Positions 51,050-63,876 of a stretch of 64,000 nt of DNA are shown piece after piece. The stretch's first letter is position 1. Each line of letters begins with the position of its first letter. Source of the stretch: Tubulanus polymorphus (Eukaryota > Animalia > Nemertea); NCBI RefSeq assembly GCF_964204645.1, contig NC_134025.1:14384001-14448000 (forward strand). Reading direction: 5' to 3'. The notes under the pieces are model-generated. The model was not told where the DNA came from and made no database searches. It saw only the letters and a list, made by a program, of their open reading frames with translations. Both the position numbers and the translations under genes were made by a program.

Positions 51050-51412
51050 CGAAGCAGCAGAACACAGATATGGCCACATTTTGTTTATTCAAGATGTAAA
51101 GGATATGGTATGAATTTCAATTATTTCAATGATGTTACGGTTTCAATGCACAATTTAACTTTGTGATGTGATGTGGTGAAGTTAATGAAGGATATTGCCG
51201 TAGTGAAGCTAGTGAAAAACTGTCCTGAGCATACAACAGTCAAAAACATGTAAATCTGCACAGTTACGTAACCATTTGCATTGAATTGCAGACGAAATAT
51301 GAAGCCTTAATGGCTGTTTACAAAATATAGCAAGAAAAAAAAATGAGATAGAGCCTAAGTTAACATTCTAGCCATTTCTAAAATCTTTTAGACTTTTACT
51401 AATTTGTTGTCA
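51050..51412 (+). repeat. Dispersed repeat shared with ~57800-58093
   Basis: GAAGCAGCAGAA...TGAATTTCAATTATTTCA...AAGCCTTAATGGC...GCCATTTCTAAAAT...TACTAATTTGT present in both. Confidence 0.7.
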
Positions 51413-53682
51413 GATTTAGAGGGGGATGGAATTGGCATACGTCCCCCTTATTTTCGCCGAGGATTTTGATACGTTTAGATACTTTCGCTAAGTAAAACAA
51501 ACCAGTATTTAAATTGGTAGATAAGTTGGATTTCGAAAGTTTACAAATAACGGTTGATTCCACTATGTGTCTCTTATGAATGTCTTATCAAGGATAAATG
51601 AGTTCTGAAAGTCAAATAGGTGGTTGGCTGTAAAAATATTAATTGGCTATGCCACTCTCGGCCGTTTGATTATGGATATCTACTCTATGTTTCTTTATAT
51701 GTGAACTAAGATAATTGCGTCCCATTTCACCAATGTACATCATGTTTCAGTCTTTACAAGGTATCTATAGACCCCAGACACGATGAGCTCACTATTTGGT
51801 TTGTTTTTGGTTAAAAAATTGGTGAGTTTGTTGTGATATTGTGTATTAGTCAATGGTGCTTAATGTTAATTTGAAGCATTCAAAAGTGGGTAACTACGGG
51901 ATTAAAATGTTCTTTTGAGCTCTGCGTTTTGTAGTCAGATCTTTACATCTAAAATGAGAAGTCCGGGCTTGGAAATAAGCTTTGTACAAACATTTTCTGG
52001 GTAGGCCAATTTCTTAGAAAAGCTGTTTAATTTTTTCTAAAATATGTGCTCACAAATTATCTCTTGGATCTTATTGAACTATGTACAAAAACTTATATTT
52101 TCAATTTGGCTTTAACTTTTATGAACAGTATTTTGGTATGGCTATGGGTATCCACTTTCCCCTGGTTTATTTTTGGAACATGTTGAAAGTGAAATTATTC
52201 TTCTTTACACTGATTGCAAACCCAAACTTTGGCAACATTACCTTGATTTCCTCTGTCTATCTTCTGCTGATTTGATTTGAATGGTTTCTTAACTTTATTT
52301 GGACTCTTGATATCCTACTTTGAATTTTACCTTTGAGTTGGGAGAAAATACCTGTTTCTCAATGTACTAATTCATAATTTTAAAACCAATTTGAAATTCT
52401 CTGTTTATAGAAAACCGGCTAATGCCGAAGCTTATCTTCATCTTTTAACTCATTGGGGACTTAAGTCCCAGCGGGCTGTTTTGTTCACTTTTTGTCCCTC
52501 ATCTATCCCTCCGTATACTGAATCCAGTAAAGCGGCCTCACTAGCTCAGTGAGATAAGGCGTGATGCTTTTGCATCTACTATCAGTGCTAAGTGACTAGT
52601 GGGCTGGATTCCTGCTGGCTGCTTACAGTGTCTGGGCAACACTTCAGGCGGTCCCGTAGTGAGGTTAAAGGAATGAATCAATAGGGTTAGTCTTGGGAAA
52701 CAAGATCCAAATGACTTAAAGCCAAACAAACTAAGTGTTGCGAAGTTTTGAAGATGTGGATAGTCTTGATATTGTGTTTATACATGTATCTACCGTAGAT
52801 ACATCTTCAGCCCAAAAACTGACGCGATCAGAATCAAGATAGCTTACTGGCAGCCATTGTAGTTCGCCAAAATCAGCACTTTTTACACATTTTTGATGTT
52901 TTCAAGGGAAATTTTGAAGGCTCTTCGATCAATTAACTTGATCTCCCATATCGGTATATATTTGATTCCCCCAAGAGTCTATCATCATAAGAAAAACTGG
53001 ATCAAAATACTGGATAAATTCCAAGACCTGTAGCTTGCTAATCGTTTGCCATTTCATAGCATTATCAAGCCTTTAGTTAGTTGCGTTCATGAAGGAATTA
53101 GGCAACTTGCCGTCTTGTACTACCTGATCAGCAAGGGCCGTTACCCCTGACTCCACTTTGAGGACATGTTGCCTAAGTGCATCCACGTCCTCTTCAGATT
53201 TTCATTGAAATTAGTAATGGATATTCTATGAGGAGGATTCTGTAGCATATCAGATGGGTTTTGCAACCAGTCAAATATCATGCGATTGGTGGCCATCTTA
53301 GTGTCATCAGTCCTTGTTCCTATGTTGGAAAAAGGTTTTTTGAGGAAAATATCTACAGGTTTTAAATTATAGTCTTGATGTTTCATTATTATTAGCACTG
53401 TCCGACGATACAGCTCATACAGAATTGGGGTTACCTTGTTTTAAGTTCTCGACACCAGGGGAAATTGAATATCGAATCATATACAATTTATCTATTCATA
53501 TTGGTACCTAAGCATATTTTCTTACCACAATCAATTGCAAAGTTGGAGCTCATGATATTCTCTATGATTGTGGTGAGTTTCCAGGTAATTGGGGTTTGTT
53601 TATGGTCACCAGGGGAATTGATTGTAGAATAACTTAGTATTTCCATATTAAATTTGTACCTATGCGTATTTGGTAACCTTAA

Positions 53683-54257
53683 CCCTTTCGCTGCGTACAC
53701 GCTTGCACCGCCCCCTACGTAAGGTATTTTCCGAAAAATTCGATTTTTTTCAAATTGTTTTTAACCCCGATTTTTCGCGTTTTTATCGAAGATTATGATG
53801 TTATTTAGTGAAAATCAGTAAAAAATCATACCAACAGCCTTTTCTGTAGGGGGGGCGTGTTGGGGGGGGGGGGTCAGGATGGGTTAGAAATTTTTTTTTT
53901 CAGTTTTTCACCCAAGTGCCTATCTCAGTCTTTGGTGATTGATGCTACGGTGTGGATGAAAGAAATTCAATTGATATGGGATATCCTTTTCCGCTGGTAG
54001 AGGTACGTAAGTGGGGAGCCATCTCAATCCCGCGCAAATTACCATGTGCTCAACAGGCTGACAGCACCAACTACTGACGCATTTTCGCCATCTGTTGTTT
54101 AGAAAGCTAACTATCTTGTCTTACATGCGTTTCCATACTGTTTGCTGTGTACGCGTTCGAGTTATAAATCAATAGGTGCATGACGTTTCTACAACGTCAT
54201 ACGCACAGCAAGTGTCACTCATATGACGTTTCCAAAACGTCACACGTAGCGAAAGGG
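53683..54257. mobile_element. piggyBac-like MITE (575 bp)
   Basis: TTAA|CCCTTTCGCTGCGT ... ACGTAGCGAAAGGG|TTAA. Confidence 0.9.
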
Positions 54258-54261
54258 TTAA

Positions 54262-56364
54262 AGAGCAAATGAAATCAAAATAGAATATTGTGTAAAATTC
54301 ATTTTCAAATATGATGTATTCACAAATATCAAATATGGAACTAGTTTGAGTTTAGTTCAGCCACAACTAAGAAATACAACTTCTAAATGGCAATTTCAGC
54401 GCGTGCTCACTGTTATTGTTTATGTAAGCAGGTGCGTGTTTCTGACAAACGCTCACGGCTTCCAGTCATTTCACTAGACATTTCATGCGGTATTTTATTC
54501 TTTTGGGAGTTATTTGAATTAATAAACTCTTACCATTGTATAGTGTTGCTACCGTTGTATATGACTTGATAATCATATTTAAAGGGCAAATGCTGTCAAA
54601 ATTGTACTTTCCGTGATTATTTAACTAGGATAAACTTTAGTATATATATAACAACCTGAGATATGTCTGATCGAAAAAAGCATCTCTAATTAGCCGTAAA
54701 TTAGTCATCTATTTATCCTTCACTTTGTGATGTCATCTATGACAATCAACATAAGCACGTTTGTGCGCTAGTATGCGTAGCCTATGTATAATCGATAAAA
54801 TAAACATCATTTGATCACTATATTCATAGCTTATACATTAAATCTATAAAACAACATCATTCCTTCACTATATTCACAGCTCTACTGCTGGCTGTCCGTT
54901 GTATATTTGTTGTGTATGTTATGTATAAGAGTATCAATGCTATACATCAGAAAGAATTTAGGAATCTTAAACAATTTCTAAAAGGATTAAATACGCTACA
55001 AATGGTGATCATGCGATGCGGGATTAGAGACTGAAAACTGTTAAATTATGGACGTACACTACTAATTTCACCACGGATTGTTTTAAAACTTCTAGGTTCA
55101 TTGTTTAAATCAAATCTATTAGTTAGCCATAGCTTTGCTATTCATAAAGCGCGCCAAAAGTTTGTTATTCTTCAGTGGTACAGCGTGCATGGAAATGTGT
55201 GTTTGACTACAATGACGTCAGCGATCGTGGGCTTTTCACAGCAAACACGCACCTGCTGTGTACGGTGAACTGGTGAAAATAGTCGACTTTAAAGTCTTAT
55301 TTCTCAGTAAAGGCTTTGCTAAAATCAAAATTAATAACACACTTATCATTTATACACATCACATTAAGAAAATAGGTTTTACACAATATTCTATTTAGAG
55401 GGCACTTGACCTTTAAAAAGTGATGGAGACATCATTTTCAGGGGTCCGTGCATTAATTTTTAAGAAAGTTAACTTTAATAGAACCAAGTAAACTTTATGA
55501 AAATCTGTCAAATGAAACGATCTCAGCATTATACACACGTAATAATCACACGCAACTGCATGACTCGCATGAATATAAAAGTGGTAGTGGGTTTTCCTCA
55601 ATGACTCAAAGAGACATGCTCCGTACAGCATAAATTGCTGATGCTGAATGATTTCGTTTACGTATAACATACACTGTGTATGGAATTAAAATGAAGTTTG
55701 TTAGACAATCTATAGTTATAAATTGAACAATAGGCGGAGAAAATAGGCCGCTAAAATATTTCATCAATCGATGAATTTTTTCACTTTCACATGTGGAACC
55801 TCGGCCATTTTTCCTTCAATAATCATGGTCGGGCCTGGCCAAGCAATGTTTGCTTCCGATGTGTCTGATAGATGCGTGTTCTTTGATCGCAGGTGCGTCA
55901 TCATGTATCACATTTACATTTACACATTTGACATGCACGCGTTACAGGATAAAAACCATGAAAAGACTGCAATTTTTGCTAATTTTGAGAATTGCATTAA
56001 CGCGGCTCATTAATTGAGCTTATCGACTTGGGGCAAAACTTTTGTCGGAAGATTTAAAGGAACGCTAGTTAAAAATGATAATGTGTATTTGAAATTTAAT
56101 TTCTCTTAGCTGTTTTAATAGCAGCGAAATTTCACTGATAGCATTTTATTTTGGTGCAAAGCCATTGCAATATACACCCCTGCGGGGCTATCGGCAGCAG
56201 AGCTGCCACTAATAACAGTGAGCATGTGCTGAAATTGCCGATTTAAAAGTCGTATTTCTCAGTAATGGCTGAACTAAGATAGAATCCAGTAGCATGTTTG
56301 ATATTTGAAATCATCATTTGAAAATAAATTTTACACAATATTCTATTTTGATGACATTTGCTCT
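54262..56364. mobile_element. Kolobok-like TIR pair A (~150-bp imperfect TIRs)
   Basis: TTAA|AGAGCAAATG...CAAAATAGAATATTGTGTAAAATT versus AATTTTACACAATATTCTATTTTG...CATTTGCTCT|TTAA. Confidence 0.7.
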
Positions 56365-56662
56365 TTAAGTAAGTAGCGCTGTAGGTCTGTGAATACTTTC
56401 AGCAAATGATGTTTTTTTTAATCGATTATAAATTGGCTACGCGTACTAGTGTGCACACGTGCTCGTGTTGATTGTCATAGATAACATCATAAATAGCGCC
56501 ACTGCGGGTAGTATGCAAACTATACGCATGAAGTGAAGGAAAAATAAATAACTAAATTTACGGCTTATTAGAGATACTGATCAGACAGATCTCAGGTCGA
56601 TATATATATTTTAGTTTCTTCTGGTTAAGTAATCACGGAACAATTTTGATGGCATTTGTCCT
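54583..56662. mobile_element. Kolobok-like TIR pair B (~270-bp imperfect TIRs)
   Basis: TTAA|AGGGCAAATGCTGTCAAAATTG ... CAATTTTGATGGCATTTGTCCT|TTAA. Arms ~54583-54850 and ~56385-56662. Confidence 0.75.
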
Positions 56663-57031
56663 TTAATCACTTGCAAAGTTGCTCATGACGTTCTATGATT
56701 GTGGCAAGTTTAAGGTCATTGGTTCTCTCTCCAGGGGGGCGTTGAATAATATGCAATCACTTAGTATTTCCATTTTGTATTAGTATCTCTAGGCATATTT
56801 TGTTATCATGATCAATTGCAAAATTGTAGCTCTTACTGTTGCTAGTTTGATACTCTGTTACTGATATCGGCAGGGGGCGTTGAGTATTGAAATATTCAGA
56901 TTGTTGAGCATATGAAACTACTCCCCAAGTGGGCATGGTGTCCCTGGTCCCCTAGTTTGAAATAGTATTTACTAATCTTATCCTTTCATTCAATCATTGT
57001 TTTGTTAAATGAACACCTCTTGTTTTTGTAG

Positions 57032-57092
57032 ATTTGGTCATGAACTAATGGTTTTAGATTCGTTGGAAAAAGGTTTCCTTGCCCAACTCTGA
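57032..57092 (+). CDS. M16C peptidase-like gene, probable terminal coding exon
   Basis: tgtttttgtag acceptor completes GA|A (Glu), then FGHELMVLDSLEKGFLAQL-TGA. ATTAAA at ~57160 is a possible polyA signal. Confidence 0.75.
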
Positions 57093-58146
57093 TTTGTCAG
57101 ATTTGTCAGGATCTTGAATATATCGATACCAAATCTTCGTAATTCATGTTACTTAATAGATTAAAAATTCTTTTCACATGTATCGAATTTTGTGTGTTTT
57201 CTTAGTTTTTTTATCTACACTACCATAGACTGAGTAGGTGCCAGGAATGGTGCCCTTACACCCATCCCCCTTTCATTTCTATGTAATCTGTGATCACTCG
57301 GGCTAATCTTGCAAAGGCCAACCATTCACACTGGTACTAAATGGGTCTGTAGGCTATTACTAGAAACAAACACCTATGCAGTCTGCAAAACTAAAACTAT
57401 TATGCACGACTTAAGACCTATACCCTCCCTAATGTACAGGGTGTCTCAGAAAATGTGTTACCGAAGGTTAAGATCTATTTTACTTCGCTAAGTTCGACAA
57501 AATTACGTCACTCCAGCTAATCAGTATGCCATTTTCCCGCTTGTCAGAATGATGACTTTCCTGCTCCTGTTCAGAAGGGTCAGGCCAAAATCAAAGGCTA
57601 TAATAAAGGGAAACCAAAGATTAAGTGGAACAATCTTGGCTAATGGTGCCATCCTCAAACCGGGAACCATCTCACTCAAATAAGACATACTCAAGACAAA
57701 ACATTCTCTTGCTGATAGGCCTGCCTGAATTTTCACAAATGCAAGGGAAAATAAGCTGGACGTATTGGCCTCACTCCACGCGGTTGCGCCACGTGCGGGA
57801 AGCAGCAGAAACAAACGTGGCCACCTTTTGAATTTTCACTTAGAAATTGTATATGAATTTCAATTATTTCAGCTGTTAGGGTTCCAAGGTACAATATAAC
57901 TAGATGATGTGATATTGCGATGTTAATCAATGATAATGCTGCAGTGAAGTTAGTCACAAACTGTTCCAAACATTAAGCCTTAATGGCCATTTACAAAACA
58001 ATTATAGCAATCACAATTGAAAGATAATAATGATATACAACTGAAGTTAAAATTATGGCCATTTCTAAAATTATATTACTAATTTGTAGTCAGTGTGGAA
58101 TGTTTGGTTTTGGAACAGTCATGAGGGGTGGTAGGATTGTCATCGG

Positions 58147-59640
58147 TAACTTAATGTACCACTTTAGGACGGGATTCGAACCGTCTTGGTAGTACATTAA
58201 GTTAACTAAAAATATATAAGCGCGCAGTGAGTGTGATTCGAACCGTCCTAAAGTGGTACGATAAGGTTAATAAACACGATCACACATGCGCAGTGAGCAT
58301 ATTTTCCTACTTAGAAGATTTTCGATGGAGCAGTAACTGCGCATGTGCAATTCAATCCGAGTCATATCACAAAATGTTAAACCGTAATCAAGCCTTAGGT
58401 TTTAAATCGGTGACTGGAAGTAATTAACCAAGGCGATAGTAGCTTTCCAATAAGTTTACGTGGACGTCTATGTACTGCCATCTGCCTACTAGGAATGTTG
58501 TTTACATCATTTAACCCACAGTACCCTCATGATTTGAATAGCTGGACATCTGATCATTTGAACACTATTATACGAAATGGAACATATTTTATGGCCATAT
58601 TCTGCAATATATGGGCCTTGAAAATCCCAGATACCTGGCTCACATTGACTTACCAACTATGGTTACACTGTCCATCAATGGACCTTCTGCTCAGCTATCG
58701 AACAATGTTTGTGACATTCAGATATCTTATTCTTTTGATTTGTTTTATGGTACTGTTGGACAACAAGATGATACTTAAGCATTGTCTTCTTCTTTGGCAT
58801 CTTCACTACCTGCAGCTTTTTCATCATCGCGTTTCAATTTAATCACTGCATCAGGTGTGACAATTCTACTCACTTACAATAATGATGACACATACTCCAT
58901 TCTAGACTCCCACTGTCGCAATCAATCAGGGCGTTTTGATTCAACTGGAAATGCTGTCATTTTAACTTTAAAAATCTCTTGCTAAATTAGAACGTTATCT
59001 CCATGATGTCTACCGAACAGCTGCCTATGTCCATGCTGTCGATGTTTTCCTACTTCAACAACGCCCCGACATTTCAACAACAGGTTAAAATGAGAGCATC
59101 TTCACTTCAGACCACAGCGAATTGTAATATCCCTCCTGCTTCACCCAGGTCTTCGCTTCTAACACACAGTCTCCCAATTACAAACAAAGCAGGTTCTCCA
59201 AATAACTCGTATTTTTCTAGGAAAAGGCAGGCTTCTCCACAAACATCGAATACCATGGATCCATTATCAAATCACACATACTTCATCCCCTTCTGCCCTT
59301 TGATTGACCGCACTTATTGTCATACAAAAGTTTTGATTTAACAAGAATTTACCACAAGAATATTAACATGTAATCCAGCCATCACTGTGCTTGCTGCAAA
59401 AAGTTTCTATTCCAGTCTGATACACACTACTTATCAAGTGATAAACACATCGAAAACATTACTTTCAGCAAACAGCATACATATTGTCAACCTTGTAAGC
59501 AGAAAATTACAACTAATATTTTACCATCCAAACTTCAATCAATTAGCAACTGCACCTATACCACTCGTCCTCAAACAATTGAATATCGTTGAAAGACGCC
59601 TTATTTCCCTTATGCATATATTTCTTACACTAGTTAGAAG
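58147..59640 (+). mobile_element. Decayed 5' part of an autonomous Helentron/Helitron: terminal hairpin, herpes tegument deubiquitinase (C76)-like domain, and Cys-rich/DUF6570-like region
   Basis: Hairpin TAACTTAATGTAC...GTACATTAAGTTA (58147-58204). Frameshifted peptides NQGDSSFPISLRGRLCTAICL, WTSDHLNTIIRNG, YLAHIDLP, ILDSHCRNQSG...GNAVIL, YCQPCK, PIPLVLKQLNIVERRLISLMHIF. Confidence 0.72.
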
Positions 59641-59690
59641 GGGATGTCCGTCAGCTTTCCTTTTTTCCTTACCCAATTCATATCGATGTT

Positions 59691-60094
59691 AGTAATAGGG
59701 GTAATGGGCTTTCAAATCAAAGGTCGAACGGTCGAGCTCATTAAAAACAAAACATTAAAAGTAATTTAAAACTATAATATATTTTCATAACCGTGTGTAT
59801 TTTATATTATAACTAAATATTAATTCTAAGATATTAATAATTTTAATTTTAAAAGCATATTGTATTAAATCAATTGGTCGCTCCACTTCGCTACCGCTCC
59901 GCGACCAATTGATTTATTTACAATACACAAATTCATATAATCAAATATATTCAAATAATAATAATTATTCTATTATTCAACTGAAATGCACACGGTTATG
60001 AAAATATATTTTAGTTTTAAATTACTTTTAATATTTGTTTTTAATGAACTCGACCGTTCAACCTTTAACCTGAAAGCCCATTACCCCTATTACT
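59691..60094. repeat. 404-bp imperfect palindrome (long hairpin)
   Basis: Outer arms AGTAATAGGGGTAATGGGCTTTCA...CATAACCGTGTG / CACACGGTTATG...TGAAAGCCCATTACCCCTATTACT (~118 bp). Perfect inner 16-bp stem TAAATCAATTGGTCGC / GCGACCAATTGATTTA with a 19-nt loop. Confidence 0.95.
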
Positions 60095-60326
60095 CTTAAA
60101 ATATTCATGTAAATGAATAACATTTAAATTGACAGATTATTCAATATAAAAGTGTAAGCTCTTATAGAATAGATATATAGATATATTTACAACATTATTT
60201 CAATATTTATATTTGTATGAGTTAGATTTTTAAACATTAAAAGTGTTAGTAAAGTGTGATTGAAATAATGCATATATAAATCATTGAACTTCTAAAATCA
60301 ATTTTAATAAAAAATTTAGTACTAAA

Positions 60327-60908
60327 ATGGAAGCAAATAAGTACTACTGCCCAACATGTAATATCAATATAGATAAATCCCAAAAAGCAAGACAATAAAA
60401 CTAAAACACATTTAGAGAATAAATTGAAACTAGAATATAAAGATGATATATTAGAATCTAAATTAGATGAATTAAAGAATGAAAAAGAAACATACAAATG
60501 TGATACATGTAATCAATCATTCAGTGATAAAAGATATTATAATGAACATTTAAAATCTAAAAGTCATATTAGAAATAAGAATAATGATATTTTAGGTGAA
60601 GATTATTTTGATAGAGATAATGATAAGAAACAGAAGACAATTAAAAGCATAAAAAATAAATTAAACAATAAAAGACCATACATGGAAGATGTAAGAAATT
60701 ATATTAATTCATTAGATAATAAAAAAGATATAGAGATAACCGAAGCATTTAAAAGTGATATTGGTCCAGCAGCTATCGAGTTTAAATTTCATAAAGGTAA
60801 AACATTAGAAGAAAATAAAAAACATTTAGAAAATATGAAAGAAATAATAAAAATAATAACTGATGTTGAATATCCTAAAATTAGTATATCAGTTAAAGTA
60901 AAGTTTAT
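60327..60908 (+). pseudogene. AT-rich ORF with two C2H2 zinc fingers, resembling the N-terminus of a Polinton/adintovirus-type protein; frameshifted and truncated by the hAT insertion
   Basis: MEANKYYCPTCNINIDKSQKAR/NKTKTH, YKCDTCNQSFSDKRYYNEHLKSKSH, ...EITEAFKS...KISISVKVKF. K/N/I-rich and intronless. The family assignment is by recollection only. Confidence 0.5.
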
Positions 60909-61275
60909 CAGGGATGATAATTTTCCGCCGATCGGCGGATTTCCGCCTTTTCAATCAATTTTTATCATTTCTCAGATCAATGCATATCCGTTGAAAAAAT
61001 GGGGTGGGGGTTAGGACGATGACTGTGGTTTTCCAGCATTGTAAGGATAGATTGGCATGACCATAAAATCGTTTCCCGATCTATTTTTAAATGCGATCAT
61101 TTAGCGGCATTTGTATACTAACAAAGTTTTCTCTGTCGGTTGGCGAGCGCGTGTCTGGATATATGTATATACATGTATCTACATTATTGATTTTTCACCG
61201 AGCGGTGGTCGTTTTTAATAGTACATGCTTGTGTTTTAAACACGTGTGCGTAGTGTGAAATTGCGATATAGAATC

Positions 61276-61561
61276 ATGTGGAAAATTGTTGAGAGAGTTG
61301 GGACGATTGACCCCAGGACAATCGACCAAAAAGAATTTAAAAAAAACCTATGGAAGTGGGATTGGCTGGAGAAAATGGTTGATGGGATTCCTCTCGCTGA
61401 CTTCGTGAGGAAGATAGACATACCGGGGAAAGCTTATTGTCTCTGGTGCCAAACAGAAATAAAATACGGAAGTAAGGGTCGAATTGCGCTTGAAAACCAC
61501 GCTAAAACTCAGAAACACGTTGACATCGTCAAAGAACGGAGATCTAATTACGTACTTCCAG
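61276..61561 (+). CDS. hAT transposase exon 1 (BED-type zinc finger)
   Basis: ATG at 61276. WKWDWL...KAYCLWCQTEIKYGSKGRIALENHAKTQKH. G|gtaagt donor, phase 1. Confidence 0.88.
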
Positions 61562-61687
61562 GTAAGTAGGCCTACGTTCACATGCCACACAGGTTAATAT
61601 TTGTAAATAAAATTAGACGATTTTCAAGTTTTTCTTAAATTGTAAAATCAAACCGAATAAAGAACTAGAATTTGCATTCACTTTCAG

Positions 61688-63876
61688 GTAGTTCGGGAGC
61701 CGATGTTGGTCGATCTTACGGGATCTGCCCAATATTCCAAAATCCAAATAATGAACAACAGGCCGTTACGACGACCGCTAAACCTAAAGTCCCAATATCG
61801 GACCGGGTCGTAAGCCAGGAGGCTTTAGTTCTTTCATATATTGCTGAAAACTCATTGCCGTTTTCTCAGTCTCCAAAATTGATTGAGTTGGCAAAAGCAC
61901 TTGCCATGGATCGGGCAGCATTAAGCAAATTGTCTATGGGTCGTTTAGCGGCTTCATATAAGATGCGACTGGGTCTGGCGCAAACCACCGAAGAACAGTT
62001 AGCGGATGAACTCAGAAATACGTTCTATTCACTAAACATCGATGAGGCTACAAGCCAATCCACAAAAAAAGTTCTGTCGATCCTTGTCAGTTACTTTAGT
62101 GAGAAGGAGAGACAAGTTGTTGTCAGACATTTGGCCTCATGTAATCTTATTTCTACCACTAGCGCATCTGTTTATAGTGCTTTGGTTGAGGTTTTCCAGC
62201 AGCGTGATTTAGATTATAACCGATTAATGTCTGTCCTCCTCGACAGCTGTAACGTCATGAGAGGTAGTAAAACTGGCTTGGAGAAGTTAATAAAGGATAA
62301 TTTGGCCCAGCATTTGCTTGACATCGACGGTGATTCGATACATCACACTCACAACGCCGCGAAACATTTCACAAAAGAATTTGATGGATTCATAGAGAAA
62401 TTGATAACCGATATTGCAAGTGATTTGCATTTTTCTAAGGACGTAGAAAACTGGCTCCAAATTATCCTTGATCTCTTAGGCATTGGGTTTTCGATGCCCG
62501 AGCGGTACGTCGGAACCCGATGGCTATCGGTCCATGATGCGGCGTCAGACCTTATTCGCAAAATCGATGGATATACTCTGCTGTACTATGGATTTATACA
62601 GAAAGACAAAATCGTGTATTTGGCTCTATGTGTTGACATATATCGCAAATTTAACTTGTCTGAACCCACGAAAGATGAGATCAAAAAAATCTATGTTGCT
62701 GCTGCCGCCAAATGGAAAAATCTGACAGCGGAAGGAAAAGAAAGAAAGCTACGAATTATCGATAAACTCATCATTCAGCGTAAAAAGCTTAAGCTTTATG
62801 TGCATTTTTACACGGCGGTATTGCCAGTTCTAAAAAGATATGTACTCTTATTCCAAACTGTTGAAGAGCCATGTGTCCACAAGCTCAATGATGAGCAATG
62901 TCAATTATTCAGGGATTTCATTTCCCTTTGTGTTAAACCATCTGCAATTCCTGAATCGGATCGAAAGTTGTCTTCTCTGATAATCTCAGAAAACCTCCTG
63001 CCAACCACTGAGATGTTCATAGGCGAATCTGCATCCCAAATAATTGCGGGGGAAAATAAATCATCCCAGTTTGTCAAAGACTTTCATGATCGTGTCGAGA
63101 GGGCCTATCTCAATACCGCCCAGTACCTCGCTAAAAAAATGCCTATCGACAATAAACTTCTCCGGTATATCTCGGCAATAGACCCAAAATGCCAGCGACA
63201 TGAAACGGCACTGAAATATATGAAAAAACTCCCACAATTAGTCGTCAATGTTCTGGCTAATGAAACGGAGATCAACTGTTATAAATTAGAAGTGCATAAA
63301 TTCCACTCGGATTCCAGTCTGCCAGCAGCAGTTGATAAAGATGGAAAGCAAGTTAGAATCGATTCCTGGTGGGCTGCTGTACATGATTTGGGCAAATATC
63401 CATACCTCTGTCGCATGGTATTTGCTTTACTTAGCTGTTTCAGTTGCCCAGTTGTCGAGAGCTCGTTTAGCATTATGGGCGAAATTCTGAACAGCACAAC
63501 CAATAGACTTCATGTCAAATCTTTCAGCGCAATCCAGAGTGTGAAATACGGATTAGGCAAAACGTCAGCTGTAGACTTTTTCAAAAGAGAAGATATTCTT
63601 CATGACCCTGTGTGTCCAAATCTCGTTAAAAATATGAACACTGCAGCTAAACGATACAAGGATGAATTGCAGAGTGAAAAAGATAAGAAAGCGGCTCGTA
63701 TGGAGGAACTTCAGGCTAAAGAGGTTAAGAAAGTTTCAAAACGCAAAGCCCGCGAACAGTGCATCTCAGCTGCAAAGAAAGCCCGAGAGGCACATGTATC
63801 TGCTATGCGTGCAAAACAACGACAAGCTAAAAGACATAAGCAGATGGAACTTGTAAGACTATTAAAAAAGAAGTAA
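61688..63876 (+). CDS. hAT transposase exon 2 (DDE core and C-terminal dimerization domain); spliced product 824 aa
   Basis: tttcag acceptor in phase. NIDEAT (D), LLDSCNVM (D), DGDSIHH, TRWLS, WW...YPYL...SCPVVESSFS (E). No stops or frameshifts. Confidence 0.93.

Larger units (their letters stand above)
52443..56958 (-). mobile_element. HINE-type element hosting nested TTAA-specific MITEs
   Basis: Hairpin GGGAC-TTAA-GTCCCAGCGGGC at ~52455. Complementary subterminal CCCCAAGTGGGC at ~56923. ACATCTTCAGCCCAAAAAC is shared with 1549. Confidence 0.45.

Noticed and set aside
57435-57830. Tc1/mariner element starting TA|CAGGGTGTCTCAGAAAA with a coding remnant
   Set aside because: Only one TIR-like end was found, and there are no convincing transposase motifs in any frame.
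60424-61014. 196-aa ORF as a complete gene
   Set aside because: It is chimeric: residues after ...VKVKFI are read from the hAT left end (from 60909), and the real start is upstream across a frameshift.
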